From a virus (taxonomy: Duplodnaviria > Heunggongvirae > Uroviricota > Caudoviricetes), in IMG/VR virus record IMGVR_UViG_3300029996_000255: 64,000 nt of DNA; one strand, written 5' to 3'. Positions 49,529 to 59,685 of the stretch are shown here, piece by piece. The translations under genes were made by a program, and so were the position numbers. Every line of letters starts with the position of its first letter. The first letter of the stretch is position 1. The notes beneath the pieces are model-generated. The model saw only the letters and a program-made list of their open reading frames with translations, searched no databases and was not told the origin of the DNA.

Positions 49529-52070
49529 CTTTTTCCTCCATTTCTTCTAAACGTTTAATAATTAGTTCTCCAATACAATCCCAACAAAACTGTCTATTAC
49601 CTTTATATCCATAAGTCATATCAAGAATGATATTCATACGTTCATCATCATTTGGACATATTTCTTCAGCTTTCTTCTTAAACATTTCAACCATACTTGC
49701 ACGTTGATAATATTTGTCGAATTCATCCTGTTTATCAAAGATATCGGTTCTATTTAGTTGTATTCCTTTTTCTTTCCCCTGTTTCTTTTTATATTCTTTA
49801 ATGCATTCACAATAATATTGTTCAAGTTCTCGCAGAGCTTGTCTGTGTTCTTCAGTACAACGTCTTTTAACCTTCAATGTATTATAATCAAATGAAGAGT
49901 CCTTATGTAATTGAGATTTGTAACCATCTAACTGACTTTCAACATATTTACAAATCTGATTCATAGAACAATTCCCTGTACCAACTGGCATTTTTCTCTC
50001 ATACCAAAAAAGAAAATCTTCTTGTTCTTTTGTAAGGGTATCTTTATTATGTAAATCCTCAATAGAACATTTATAGATAGCATAGCATTTAGCATTACTT
50101 TCTTTAATGTATTGCTTGTACTGTCTTTTTGTCTCATCGTAAACATAAATCATAAAGTATGGTTTTCTGTATGCACAAAGAGATTGCAAATATTTATTCT
50201 CTCCGCAAGCACCAAGATTATACCAACTACTTTCCATTGGTTTTGCAATGATTCCCTTAATTTTGTCCAACTCATTTTGTTGATAAAGCTGACCACATTC
50301 TATTCTGTATTCTAATTCTTTATATTCAGGTGAATCTTTCTCGAAATGAGATTGAACTTCCATCATAGATGTGACATAATTAGTGATTGTTCCAACTTGA
50401 TTTCCCATACCTGCTTTATTTGTCTTTTTAACGGCAGCTTCAGTGACAACAATTTTTTCCGCATTTCGTTGGACACATTCAATAGCAGGTAGGTATCTAT
50501 AACGTCTTTTCATAACTGAATTATTAGTAGAAAAGTTCAGATCGGAGTCCCAATCTTCCCCATTCTCAGCCATACAAAATGAGTCCCAACCGTTTATAAT
50601 CATGATAGTATTCATATATTGATACCAATATTGGCACTCATCGGACGAATTAACACGACACATTCTGATATTGTTATGACTTGTCATAGGACTTCTAAAG
50701 AGAACAATTTCATCCTCATTTCGATCAATCCAGAATTTTGAATAACATTCATTTGCTTTTAATAAGCCTGTAACTTCCAAACCACAAAGAGACTGCATAA
50801 GAGCAAATGGATCGCCACTTGCAATCTGATAATTACCATTTACAAACAACTTACCAATTTTTGCATCATTCATTTTCTTTTTTATGTATCTGTGTGTAGA
50901 ATCAATGATATATGGATCTCCCAACATATATTCGCTTGTATATAAAGCACGTTGCCATGAATTTACATCAGTATTTTCATTAATACCAAGAAACTTAACG
51001 GTAGAAGAGTAGTCTCCACACATTGCATCTTTTAAATATTTGATTGTTGGCGCACATAACTCCTCAATATCTTCATCTGTAAATTCATACGACTGAAGAT
51101 ACTGATAATTTAATTCTCTCTGTTCTTCAAGAATATGTGGTGAAATTTTTGTTACAGAAAATCCATATCCACATTCCTTATATGCATTTACATACTGTTC
51201 AATATTATCATATGCTCCCCATAATTTGAGAGACGATTCTGTAACAATCATTTCGCATTGACGAATATCTTGCATGTTTCCCCAAATATCTTCAATCATA
51301 TAATTGCCATTATTATATTTTTCAACAAATTCATAAATAGGGAACGGATAGAGCATTCCTTTGAGCCATGCGTTTCTCAAGCACACACCGCCAGGAATAT
51401 AATCAAGACCTAAAGATTCAGCTACTCGCTGCATATATTGTATAGTACAAAGATTAAAACCGTCAGATACATTGTTTTCAAGAGCTTTATCTTTAATAAT
51501 TTCTCTTGTCGGTTCTTTTGAATTGCCACCATCATCGAGTGATATAACATCTGCAAAATATTGTGTAATACAATCTTTTACAACCAAAATTCCATGTGGA
51601 TCACAAATCGGTTGTGATGCAGAACATGTTAATGCTTTGTAAGCTTCATATTTTGCAGGAACTAATTTAGTATCTGGATTTCTCTTACATTCACATAATT
51701 CATTTAATTTGTCAATGTATTGTGAATTACAGAAGAGAAGAGTATTGTTTTTTAATCCACCAGTAGTTCCTACAAAGCGTTTATAATTAACACCATTTAT
51801 GGTAACACCTTTTTTACTAGTCGCTCTTGCAAAATCAGATTTTTTATCAACAACTACCTGCATAAATATCTTTGAAAAATCAATACTCCAAATAGGTTTT
51901 TCTAAAATCTTATTTGCCATTATGCGGAACTCTTGGGCTTCAAACAGTGATATGAGTTCCTGATATTTAAAAGCCTCTTCTTTGGTAATCTGTAAATCCC
52001 AATTAGAATACTTTAGTTTATTTGTTCCAATTTTAAAAATCTCATATTGAGGTACGCTAATACCAGCCAT
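49512..52070 (-). CDS. YonO-type single-subunit two-barrel RNA polymerase (RdRP-homologous)
   Basis: 852 aa; SDG, LRNAWLKGML, FRSP and metal-binding DWDSD motifs, IGT/VGTITN; SPbeta-like synteny. Confidence 0.8.
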   Translation of the reverse strand: MAGISVPQYEIFKIGTNKLKYSNWDLQITKEEAFKYQELISLFEAQEFRIMANKILEKPIWSIDFSKIFMQVVVDKKSDFARATSKKGVTINGVNYKRFVGTTGGLKNNTLLFCNSQYIDKLNELCECKRNPDTKLVPAKYEAYKALTCSASQPICDPHGILVVKDCITQYFADVISLDDGGNSKEPTREIIKDKALENNVSDGFNLCTIQYMQRVAESLGLDYIPGGVCLRNAWLKGMLYPFPIYEFVEKYNNGNYMIEDIWGNMQDIRQCEMIVTESSLKLWGAYDNIEQYVNAYKECGYGFSVTKISPHILEEQRELNYQYLQSYEFTDEDIEELCAPTIKYLKDAMCGDYSSTVKFLGINENTDVNSWQRALYTSEYMLGDPYIIDSTHRYIKKKMNDAKIGKLFVNGNYQIASGDPFALMQSLCGLEVTGLLKANECYSKFWIDRNEDEIVLFRSPMTSHNNIRMCRVNSSDECQYWYQYMNTIMIINGWDSFCMAENGEDWDSDLNFSTNNSVMKRRYRYLPAIECVQRNAEKIVVTEAAVKKTNKAGMGNQVGTITNYVTSMMEVQSHFEKDSPEYKELEYRIECGQLYQQNELDKIKGIIAKPMESSWYNLGACGENKYLQSLCAYRKPYFMIYVYDETKRQYKQYIKESNAKCYAIYKCSIEDLHNKDTLTKEQEDFLFWYERKMPVGTGNCSMNQICKYVESQLDGYKSQLHKDSSFDYNTLKVKRRCTEEHRQALRELEQYYCECIKEYKKKQGKEKGIQLNRTDIFDKQDEFDKYYQRASMVEMFKKKAEEICPNDDERMNIILDMTYGYKGNRQFCWDCIGELIIKRLEEMEEKVVYTE

Positions 52071-52091
52071 AAATCCTCCTTTTGTTTATTA

Positions 52092-52406
52092 TTAATATTT
52101 TCTAAGTTCATTTAGCATAATTTCCACATTATCTCCATGCAATTCAAGTGAGATTTCTTGATAACCGCTATACCACGGATTTGTATAACAACTAAATTCG
52201 GCACATATGTCAATGATTTTAGATTGAATTGTGTTTCGTTTGGGTTCTAAAAATCTTTTCCTTTTAGTTGTATAGCATTCATATATTTTTCCAACTTCAT
52301 CAGATCTTCCAACCATTATTTCATGTTTTTGAACTGTTGCAGTCAGAATGTAGTCGATGGCTTCTTTGTAATATTTCTTTACTGTTCCATCTTTTTTTGA
52401 AAACAA
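52092..52406 (-). CDS. Hypothetical protein
   Basis: 104-aa ORF with SD GGAGG upstream. Confidence 0.55.
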   Translation of the reverse strand: MFSKKDGTVKKYYKEAIDYILTATVQKHEIMVGRSDEVGKIYECYTTKRKRFLEPKRNTIQSKIIDICAEFSCYTNPWYSGYQEISLELHGDNVEIMLNELRKY

Positions 52407-52477
52407 TACACTTTGGATCCTCCTTTTTTTATTTACACTTATATATTCTCCAAATGAAATTTCTATTTACTTACACA

Positions 52478-52759
52478 TTATTGAAAATAAACAGGTACTT
52501 TTCCAACACTAAATCTTTTCATAATTAGATAACTTATATACCCATCAACTAATTCAAAATTTCTATCAACAATAATAGGACTAAGCTCACCATATTTAAT
52601 AAAATTATTAAGTTTTCTTCTATACTTAAAATACTTAGGTGGAATAGCATAAAATTCTTCCTTAATCTTAATTTCTCCGAAAGGTATCCAATATTCCTTA
52701 CCAGACACATAGTCAATATCAAAAAATATCCTAATTCTATCAATAATCATAAGCATCAT
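52478..52759 (-). CDS. Small ParB/Srx-like fold protein
   Basis: PIIVDRNFELVDGYISY...KVPV pattern. Confidence 0.55.
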   Translation of the reverse strand: MMLMIIDRIRIFFDIDYVSGKEYWIPFGEIKIKEEFYAIPPKYFKYRRKLNNFIKYGELSPIIVDRNFELVDGYISYLIMKRFSVGKVPVYFQ

Positions 52760-52982
52760 CCTCCTTCATATATTTAGTCTCATATCCCAACCAGTCAATT
52801 ACAAAATCTATGTTAGGTATACAGTCTCTATGTATATATTCTCCATCATAACTTTCAAGATATTCATCATCAGGATAAATTCCTTCTTTGCAATAGCAAC
52901 AAGTGTAATTAGGAATCTTTATCTTATTATTAGGACAACGAGTAGCATGTCCTGAATCTCTTAAACAATATTCACAAGCCAT
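52740..52982 (-). CDS. Small Cys/His-rich protein
   Basis: CEYC...H..RCPN, CCYC, HRDC motifs. Confidence 0.65.
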   Translation of the reverse strand: MACEYCLRDSGHATRCPNNKIKIPNYTCCYCKEGIYPDDEYLESYDGEYIHRDCIPNIDFVIDWLGYETKYMKEDDAYDY

Positions 52983-52983
52983 A

Positions 52984-53301
52984 TTATCTCTCCTTTTCTG
53001 CTAAAGCATTTCCACGTTCAAAACAATCAAGTTCATACTTAGTACGATTGATATAACGTGTAAAATCAGCATTTTCAATATATCTTGTCACTTCCATACA
53101 AAGCACCTTTTTATCTGGCACATTAAATTCAATAACACGAGGCTCATCTATTAAATTAAACCCATCAACACTATTATCCTTAATAAATAGAGTAGTATCA
53201 TATAAACTCTTTTCCTTATTCCATCTACTCATTGCAAGTATTGAATATCCATTATTCATATCAACTGTTATAGCTGTATCAGCAATTATTTCATATCTCA
53301 T
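52984..53301 (-). CDS. Hypothetical protein
   Basis: 105-aa ORF coupled to neighbours. Confidence 0.65.
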   Translation of the reverse strand: MRYEIIADTAITVDMNNGYSILAMSRWNKEKSLYDTTLFIKDNSVDGFNLIDEPRVIEFNVPDKKVLCMEVTRYIENADFTRYINRTKYELDCFERGNALAEKER

Positions 53302-53519
53302 TATGCAATTTCCTCACTTTCTTTATTGTCTCTGATAATACATTCTCTTTTTCTATCATTATCAAATTTCAAATCAGTAAAAATTCGACTAGCAATATTC
53401 AAGTCAGTACCACCGAAATCTGAGCCAGATTTAAATAGAAGTGGTGAACATATTATCCTGTTACGTCTCTTAAGTTCCATAGTTCTTGTCATTACATGAT
53501 TTTCTGTTTCCTTTGTCAT
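53301..53519 (-). CDS. Hypothetical protein
   Basis: 72-aa ORF with SD AGGAG. Confidence 0.6.
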   Translation of the reverse strand: MTKETENHVMTRTMELKRRNRIICSPLLFKSGSDFGGTDLNIASRIFTDLKFDNDRKRECIIRDNKESEEIA

Positions 53520-54178
53520 TAATTTTTAGTCTCCTTGTTAATAAAATTTTTTTAGCCATATCATCGCTCCTTTTAGTGTGATACGTGTTTTTGTTACATA
53601 TTTATATTCTCTAAATGAGAATTGATTTAATGTTAATTAAAGTGGGGATTTTCTAATTCACTGATATGTGATATAATCAATTTGATGTGTATACACGATT
53701 TTTAATTGTAACTCGTAAACCAAGGTCACAACTGATTTTATATCAGGTACGAAAGGCGTGATTATGCACATAAAATTGATATGTCCTATCAGAGTTTTCT
53801 TGTGTGACTGCACATGTTTTCACAGAAGGGAGGTCTGGTTAGGATAATTAATTTAATTTTGACACCTGGATTACTATAGCTGTTATAAATCTTGTTAAGT
53901 ATTGTGTTAGAAAGTTCACAGAATACAAAGAATTAAAACTGCTTGTAACTTCAGGCAAGAAACGTGTTACCGTTACGAAAAACGGTATTTCGTATGAGAA
54001 GTAGAGTAAAATAGGTACGTGATTTACTATTTTATTCATTCTCATGCTGCAACCTTATTTAATATATTCACCAGTGAATTAGAAGCCTCACTGCAAATTG
54101 GAGCGTTTAGTGTAACACTCATTGCGCAAATTTATGGTAAAGAGATATTGTCGTAGGAGATAGTATCTCTTTATGTTC

Positions 54179-54955
54179 TTACATATTAATATTCTCTAAA
54201 AGTTCTATCTGTTTTTGTATTTCTGTTTCAGGGTTATATTTATCATCAATTTTTTGTCCATTTTCATTATGTATAAAATGTCTATAATCAGCAAAAACCT
54301 TTGGCGTAGTTAAAAATTTTTTCTCACCATCCTTAATGTATTGTTCTCTTTTCATAGGTTGGCATTTTATAATTTTCAATGTATCTAAAATATCAACTAT
54401 ACGCCCAATATATCTTTCAGATAGTCCAATATCTTCTGAGATTGTTTTGAAATATCTGTAGCAGCATAGTGGTTTATCTTCCATGCGATTAAGATTTACA
54501 CGAATATAGGAAAGCAGAAGTAAGATATAGGCAGAAGACATTCGTGTTAAGTCTACATCTGACTTCTGTAACTCTTCCTTAAAATTCAATATTTTATCTA
54601 ACTCATCAAAATAGATAATCCCAAACTTATCAGGTACATCAAATTTTTCTATATTCAGTTGCACTTGTTGATATTTCACCGAATTGGTGTTTTCTTTTAG
54701 ACTTTTTTCGAAATCAGGACACTCAATAAAGTATCCATAATAAGACAAGAGCAATAGAACTTCATAATATTTTTGATTGATTTTTCCATCTCTGTAATTA
54801 GGCTTCAGTTTAGACCAGTGACAAAGTTCTGTTGTAGAAAATGCCACTGTATCATCAAGTGAACGCCTTGCACAAAGATATGAGAAGATAATCACTCGTT
54901 TAGATGAGAGATCTTTATCATAAATGATTTCTCGTGGTATTTTTACATAATTCAA
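54179..54955 (-). CDS. Putative winged-helix DNA-binding / replication-related protein
   Basis: YVKIPREIIYDKDLS start, KTISEDIGLSERYIGRIVDIL HTH. Confidence 0.6.
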   Translation of the reverse strand: MNYVKIPREIIYDKDLSSKRVIIFSYLCARRSLDDTVAFSTTELCHWSKLKPNYRDGKINQKYYEVLLLLSYYGYFIECPDFEKSLKENTNSVKYQQVQLNIEKFDVPDKFGIIYFDELDKILNFKEELQKSDVDLTRMSSAYILLLLSYIRVNLNRMEDKPLCCYRYFKTISEDIGLSERYIGRIVDILDTLKIIKCQPMKREQYIKDGEKKFLTTPKVFADYRHFIHNENGQKIDDKYNPETEIQKQIELLENINM

Positions 54956-55075
54956 ATTATTGTTTTCACCTTCTTTCTATTCTTAAAAATATTCTCCATC
55001 TTGACTTTCAAAAATCGTGAACTTTTACATTTATGAAATTGTCAAAAATTCATTTGGGTACATGTCAGGTGTGGA

Positions 55076-55846
55076 TTATTTTAATGGAATAGAAGGTCGA
55101 TAGATATGTCCTTTTTGTCTTTCAAAGATAATATATCCATTAACAATACATTCTTTTCTATATAAATCATATTCAGATGATTTATTAGAATCAAAATATC
55201 TTTTATCAATAGATTGTATATATTTTTGAGAAATAAATGTTTGTGGTAAATCAAATGGAAGAGTATCTTTAGTATTAGATTCACTATTAAATTTTGGTTT
55301 TAGTTTTGAAATATAATATATCTCAAATATATTCGTTTCTGCTTTTGTCCTAAATTCTCTTAATTCAATATGATTAAAAACGCCTGATAATCTTTGATTT
55401 GCAGAAACACAAGAACGAGATAATAAATCGCTATTACTTTTTCCAATATATATAAGATCATTATTATTATCATATATGAAATAACAGCCAATATTTGTAG
55501 ACATTATAGGTCTACTATATGTACAAATAACGTCCATATCAGAATTTGATATAATGGATAATCGTAATCCAATATTATTAATAATGTCTTCGTTAAAAAT
55601 ATTCTGGTTTATAGAATTGCCTATATCAGATATTCTTTTGAATTCATCAATATCATTATTTGCAGCTAGTTTAATCCAATCAGTGAAATTGAAATTGTAT
55701 GATACCTTTTCTTCATGCTTATGTAGATAATCATATATTTTTGACAATCCATCAAGGTTATCAAAATTAATATCATTATTATTATTTTGTGCTACAACTG
55801 TTAAATATCTTTTTAGTCCATAATAATTTTTAAATTCAGCTCTCAT
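55076..55846 (-). CDS. GIY-YIG nuclease-domain protein
   Basis: GCYFIYDNNNDLIYIGKS..L..R and E..YISKLKPKFN. Confidence 0.75.
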   Translation of the reverse strand: MRAEFKNYYGLKRYLTVVAQNNNNDINFDNLDGLSKIYDYLHKHEEKVSYNFNFTDWIKLAANNDIDEFKRISDIGNSINQNIFNEDIINNIGLRLSIISNSDMDVICTYSRPIMSTNIGCYFIYDNNNDLIYIGKSNSDLLSRSCVSANQRLSGVFNHIELREFRTKAETNIFEIYYISKLKPKFNSESNTKDTLPFDLPQTFISQKYIQSIDKRYFDSNKSSEYDLYRKECIVNGYIIFERQKGHIYRPSIPLK

Positions 55847-55858
55847 AAAATCCTCCTA

Positions 55859-56662
55859 TTATTTGTTTCCGTTTTTAATTTCTCCAAACGAATCCACATT
55901 ATAAATTTCCAACATCTTTGATATAGCCCATTCGATTTCTTGCCCATAACCTTCTTTATTAAGTACATATATATTTGGTACATTTTGTGGTGGTTTCTTT
56001 GGATCTGGTTGAATACTGCCAACTTCTTTCTTAACGAGAAGTGGCTCTTTGTCGCCAATAGAAGATGTGAGATATTGAATACATTGATTAATGGTATCTT
56101 TTGACATAGAAAGTTCTTTTGACATAGATTCTATACTTCGCCAAAAAGCTTCTGGTTTAGTTTCAGGATTATACATAGCCTCTTCGTTGTCTTTATTTTT
56201 TGGACGAATAAATATATAAGAATTAATGTAAAGAAATGCCATTAATATATTCTCTTTATTAATACTAGATTCATTCATCATAATAAAATCAAGTTGAGAA
56301 GATGTGATTTTTGAGAACTTATCAACAGCATCAAAATTTTCAGGAATAATTTTAATCTCAATACCAGTATCATAAGTTATAGAATCAAGATCTTGTTGAA
56401 CCTCAATCATTTTGTTGTTAATCATATATTCCAATACATCAAGAATCTCTTGAACTGCTTTTGGTCTACGCTTATGTGTCTTATAGCCATAAAAATTTAA
56501 TACTTTTCTAAGAGTAATCCAACTATAATCTTCGTAAGACCTATATTTATCAATAAGGATATAGGTAATATAAAATTTTCGACTGACTCCATATTTGGTT
56601 TTAATGTTTCCTTGAATATAATCATTTGGGAAACGTGTAAAATATTCTGTTTTCTGTTGCAA
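55859..56662 (-). CDS. Putative winged-helix DNA-binding / replication-related protein
   Basis: YFTRFPNDYI start, SIESMSKELSMSKDTINQCIQYL HTH, PNIYV. Confidence 0.6.
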   Translation of the reverse strand: MQQKTEYFTRFPNDYIQGNIKTKYGVSRKFYITYILIDKYRSYEDYSWITLRKVLNFYGYKTHKRRPKAVQEILDVLEYMINNKMIEVQQDLDSITYDTGIEIKIIPENFDAVDKFSKITSSQLDFIMMNESSINKENILMAFLYINSYIFIRPKNKDNEEAMYNPETKPEAFWRSIESMSKELSMSKDTINQCIQYLTSSIGDKEPLLVKKEVGSIQPDPKKPPQNVPNIYVLNKEGYGQEIEWAISKMLEIYNVDSFGEIKNGNK

Positions 56663-56985
56663 TAAAAAATTCCTCCTTGTATGTGATATTTATTTATTCT
56701 CCATTTGAGATTAAGCGGAAGATGAACTTACGAGCGTTCAGTAAAGTAGGTCTGAACCCCCACTTGTTCGTTTTATTTTTGAAATTGGTAGGGGGTGAAA
56801 CCCACTTTGCCGAACTGAAAGAAGATATATAACATTATTAATAAGACAGACTATTACGCTTGTATTTCGCTTATGCTTCATACAAGCTCTTTATTTTTTG
56901 GTTGATTGTTATTGGTTAATTTAGGTATGTGGTATTTTGAATTAATGTTTTTATTTGAGTACATATATGATGTACCTATGTGAAA

Positions 56986-57237
56986 TTATTCTCCATTTAA
57001 TTCTTGAATTTCTTCTTCTGACATAGAATCCAATTTCTTTAACGCTCTTTCAATATAAATAAGTTCTAATAATGTGAAGTTATCTATTATTAATTTTGTA
57101 TCATGGCTATTAATGATATCTATATAAATATGATTAGATAATTTCTTGGCAACGGATTTTCTTGTTCTCTTAAATAAAATTGATTTCTTCATAATATCAT
57201 TCTCCTTTTGAATTATTCTTTTCGATTGTCTACCCAA
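56986..57237 (-). CDS. Hypothetical protein (true start probably ATG 57192)
   Basis: SD AAGGAG precedes MKKSILFKRTRK. Confidence 0.5.
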   Translation of the reverse strand: MGRQSKRIIQKENDIMKKSILFKRTRKSVAKKLSNHIYIDIINSHDTKLIIDNFTLLELIYIERALKKLDSMSEEEIQELNGE

Positions 57238-58699
57238 AGATGTTCTTTTCTTGCTAACGCTGCGAAAAGACCGCCCTTATCAAAGGGCTACATCTTGTGC
57301 TTACGCACATACTACATTTTTTTGAGCTTGTATATAGTTTTCTCATACCCCTATCTGTGGGTTAAAAATGAGTTTTAGATAGTGATTTTAAATTTTTATA
57401 TCTTAGGTGATAACTCATAAGGGTATGAGATAAAAGTGTCTAATTTTTCTGTGAGGTGTGATTTTCTCCCTAAATAGATTAAGATGCAATTCTGTCGGTT
57501 AATTCATCAAATATATTTCTATAAAAGTTCATGGTAAGTTATTAAATGTTCCTAATTGTAATGTGTTAAATTGCTCATAACGAGTCCTCCTTTAAATTTA
57601 TTAATTTTTTGTTTGGCAAGAGTGGTGTGATGATTATTTACAATAGATTATTCTCTTATATGAATTTGAATTTATGATTTTTTAGCATTGTATGGATATG
57701 TTAATTAACAAAGAGAGTTAATGTAAAATTCTTTACATTGGATATAAGGCGAAAAATTAATGATTTAGAGTCTATTTTGGATTTTTATATGTCAGGTGGT
57801 TAGTTGTTAGGGTAGAGGATAAAAATTGAAATTTGAGCTGTGAGAGTGGATTTTTGTATAGGCGTGAGAATTGACAATATTATTTATAGTAAATGTATGT
57901 GAATGTATATAGATAGTTAATGTAATTTTGGGTGATGTAAAAAATTGACCTTGTATTTTGAGCATTTGGGTGGGTAAAAATGATTTTAGGTGTTATTGGT
58001 AGGGTAAAATGAAAACGCTGTGTATTGGCGAGATGGAGGGTTTAGATGAGAAATGAGATTCTTTAGTATTGTTATAGTGGGATTTTTTGATGGTTTGTAT
58101 TATATTTTTGGTTGTTTTTGTGATGCATATAGGCGATTTTTTGGGTTTTCTGGTGTGGTTTTTATGCACCCCCCTTGTATTGTAGATGAGAGAGTTGTGA
58201 TTTGTGTGATTAATTATTAATGATAGATTTTGGATTAAAAATGATTATCGGTAAAAGTACTTATAAATAAGGAAGATTTTGGATTTGTGAATGAATTTTT
58301 GATAAGATGGAAGTTTAATTTTTTGGTTGTGAAGTGGCTGAAAGTGGCTTGATTGGTAGGTTTAAGCGATATGGGGTACGATAAGTGGTTTGGAGGATGA
58401 AATTTGGGATTTTGCTTGATTTTGTTGGGAATTTTGCAGTTAGGGAAAGGATGGATTTTTGAGTTGGTGTGTAGACGAATCAGCTACAAGCCCTGCAGCA
58501 TTTCCAGTTCCATTAGTTGGTTTTAACTACCCCCAGTTAGTCTAAAACAATGGCTAATAGATATATATTAACCATTCTTTTTTCATCTGGAGCAGAGCAA
58601 TTTGTAAGTAGTATTAAAAACTATGTGTTGTGGTGTGAGATATTATGTTATGTGGTTTTGTGTGAATAAAACTTTATCGAAAAAATTTTTAAATAATAC

Positions 58700-58728
58700 T
58701 TGACACTAAAATAACTATATGATAATAT
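58700..58728 (+). promoter_or_regulatory. Strong sigma-A promoter 1
   Basis: TTGACA-N17-TAATAT with extended -10 TG and AT-rich UP tract. Confidence 0.7.
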
Positions 58729-58800
58729 AGCTATATCAACAAAAACAACTACACTTTTTTCAATCGAAAAAAGATTTTTCAAAAATATTTCAAAAAGTAG

Positions 58801-58829
58801 TTGACAACTAAACTATATTATGATATAGT
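58801..58829 (+). promoter_or_regulatory. Strong sigma-A promoter 2
   Basis: TTGACA-N17-TATAGT with extended -10 TG and AT-rich UP tract. Confidence 0.75.
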
Positions 58830-58841
58830 TTAGACAATCCA

Positions 58842-59510
58842 ACAGGGAGTAAAAAATCCCTGTGTCGGATAAACAACAGGGATTGAAAAAATGTTATAAA
58901 CATTCCTAGCAAAATGATTATAACATTCAATTCTTATAAAGTCAATCGACTTTATACAATCCCCAAAATAAAAATCCCATAAAAACCGTGGGTTTAAAAA
59001 GCCGTGATGGTTAGTCTGCCATGACGTTATTCTGAAAAAAACTTGTAGTATTGGCAAGTTGCAATAAATAGGAATAGTTGAGCGGAGGCAAGCGGTTAGG
59101 CGGTTAATAGAATAAGTGTAACAACCATACACAACAGGTACTGTTATAATTTAAGTCTTTTGGGGTATGCCCATCGGCAGACTGAAAAAACAGGATGGTA
59201 AAAAATCTATTAGTAGCAATAAACAATGATACCAACACTAAGAATAATTAGAAAAAACCTGTATGAGATAGGTTGACAGGCTATCCCTGTCGTATCTCTG
59301 TTAATGGCAAGTCGGTAACGATACTACTATTAATAAATACAAGATTTTAGACTGAAGGGGTACAGGTTAGTTGATGGCATACTTAAAAAAGTAAAGCGTA
59401 TAAAACACTTTGTAAACAGGCATAAAAAACTTGTTATTTTTGCCGACAGGGTAAAATCTGTTAGCAATGATTTTTATTTATAGGGTAACGCCTATAACCT
59501 GTTTTCCTGT
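58842..59510. repeat. Dispersed ACAGG/CCTGT repeat array in non-coding leader
   Basis: 13 copies counted by eye (8 ACAGG, 5 CCTGT). Confidence 0.65.
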
Positions 59511-59685
59511 TTAAAAAGTGTATAAATAACTGATAGATATAGGCTATGAAAAAACTAGCTTGTCTAACTTGTAATACTTGAGATAGTTTACAAGTCTTTT
59601 ATTTTATGTGTGTTGACTTGTCCGCACTTAATAAATGTCAGGCGGTACACGTTGTAATATTGTGTATTGCAAAAGAATATTATTC

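Noticed and set aside
53720..53770. Hammerhead or c-di-GMP riboswitch (CTGA...GAAA)
   Set aside because: No CUGANGA core and no GEMM consensus spacing.
58842..59510. CRISPR array
   Set aside because: Repeats are only 5-7 nt, irregularly spaced and in both orientations; no cas genes.
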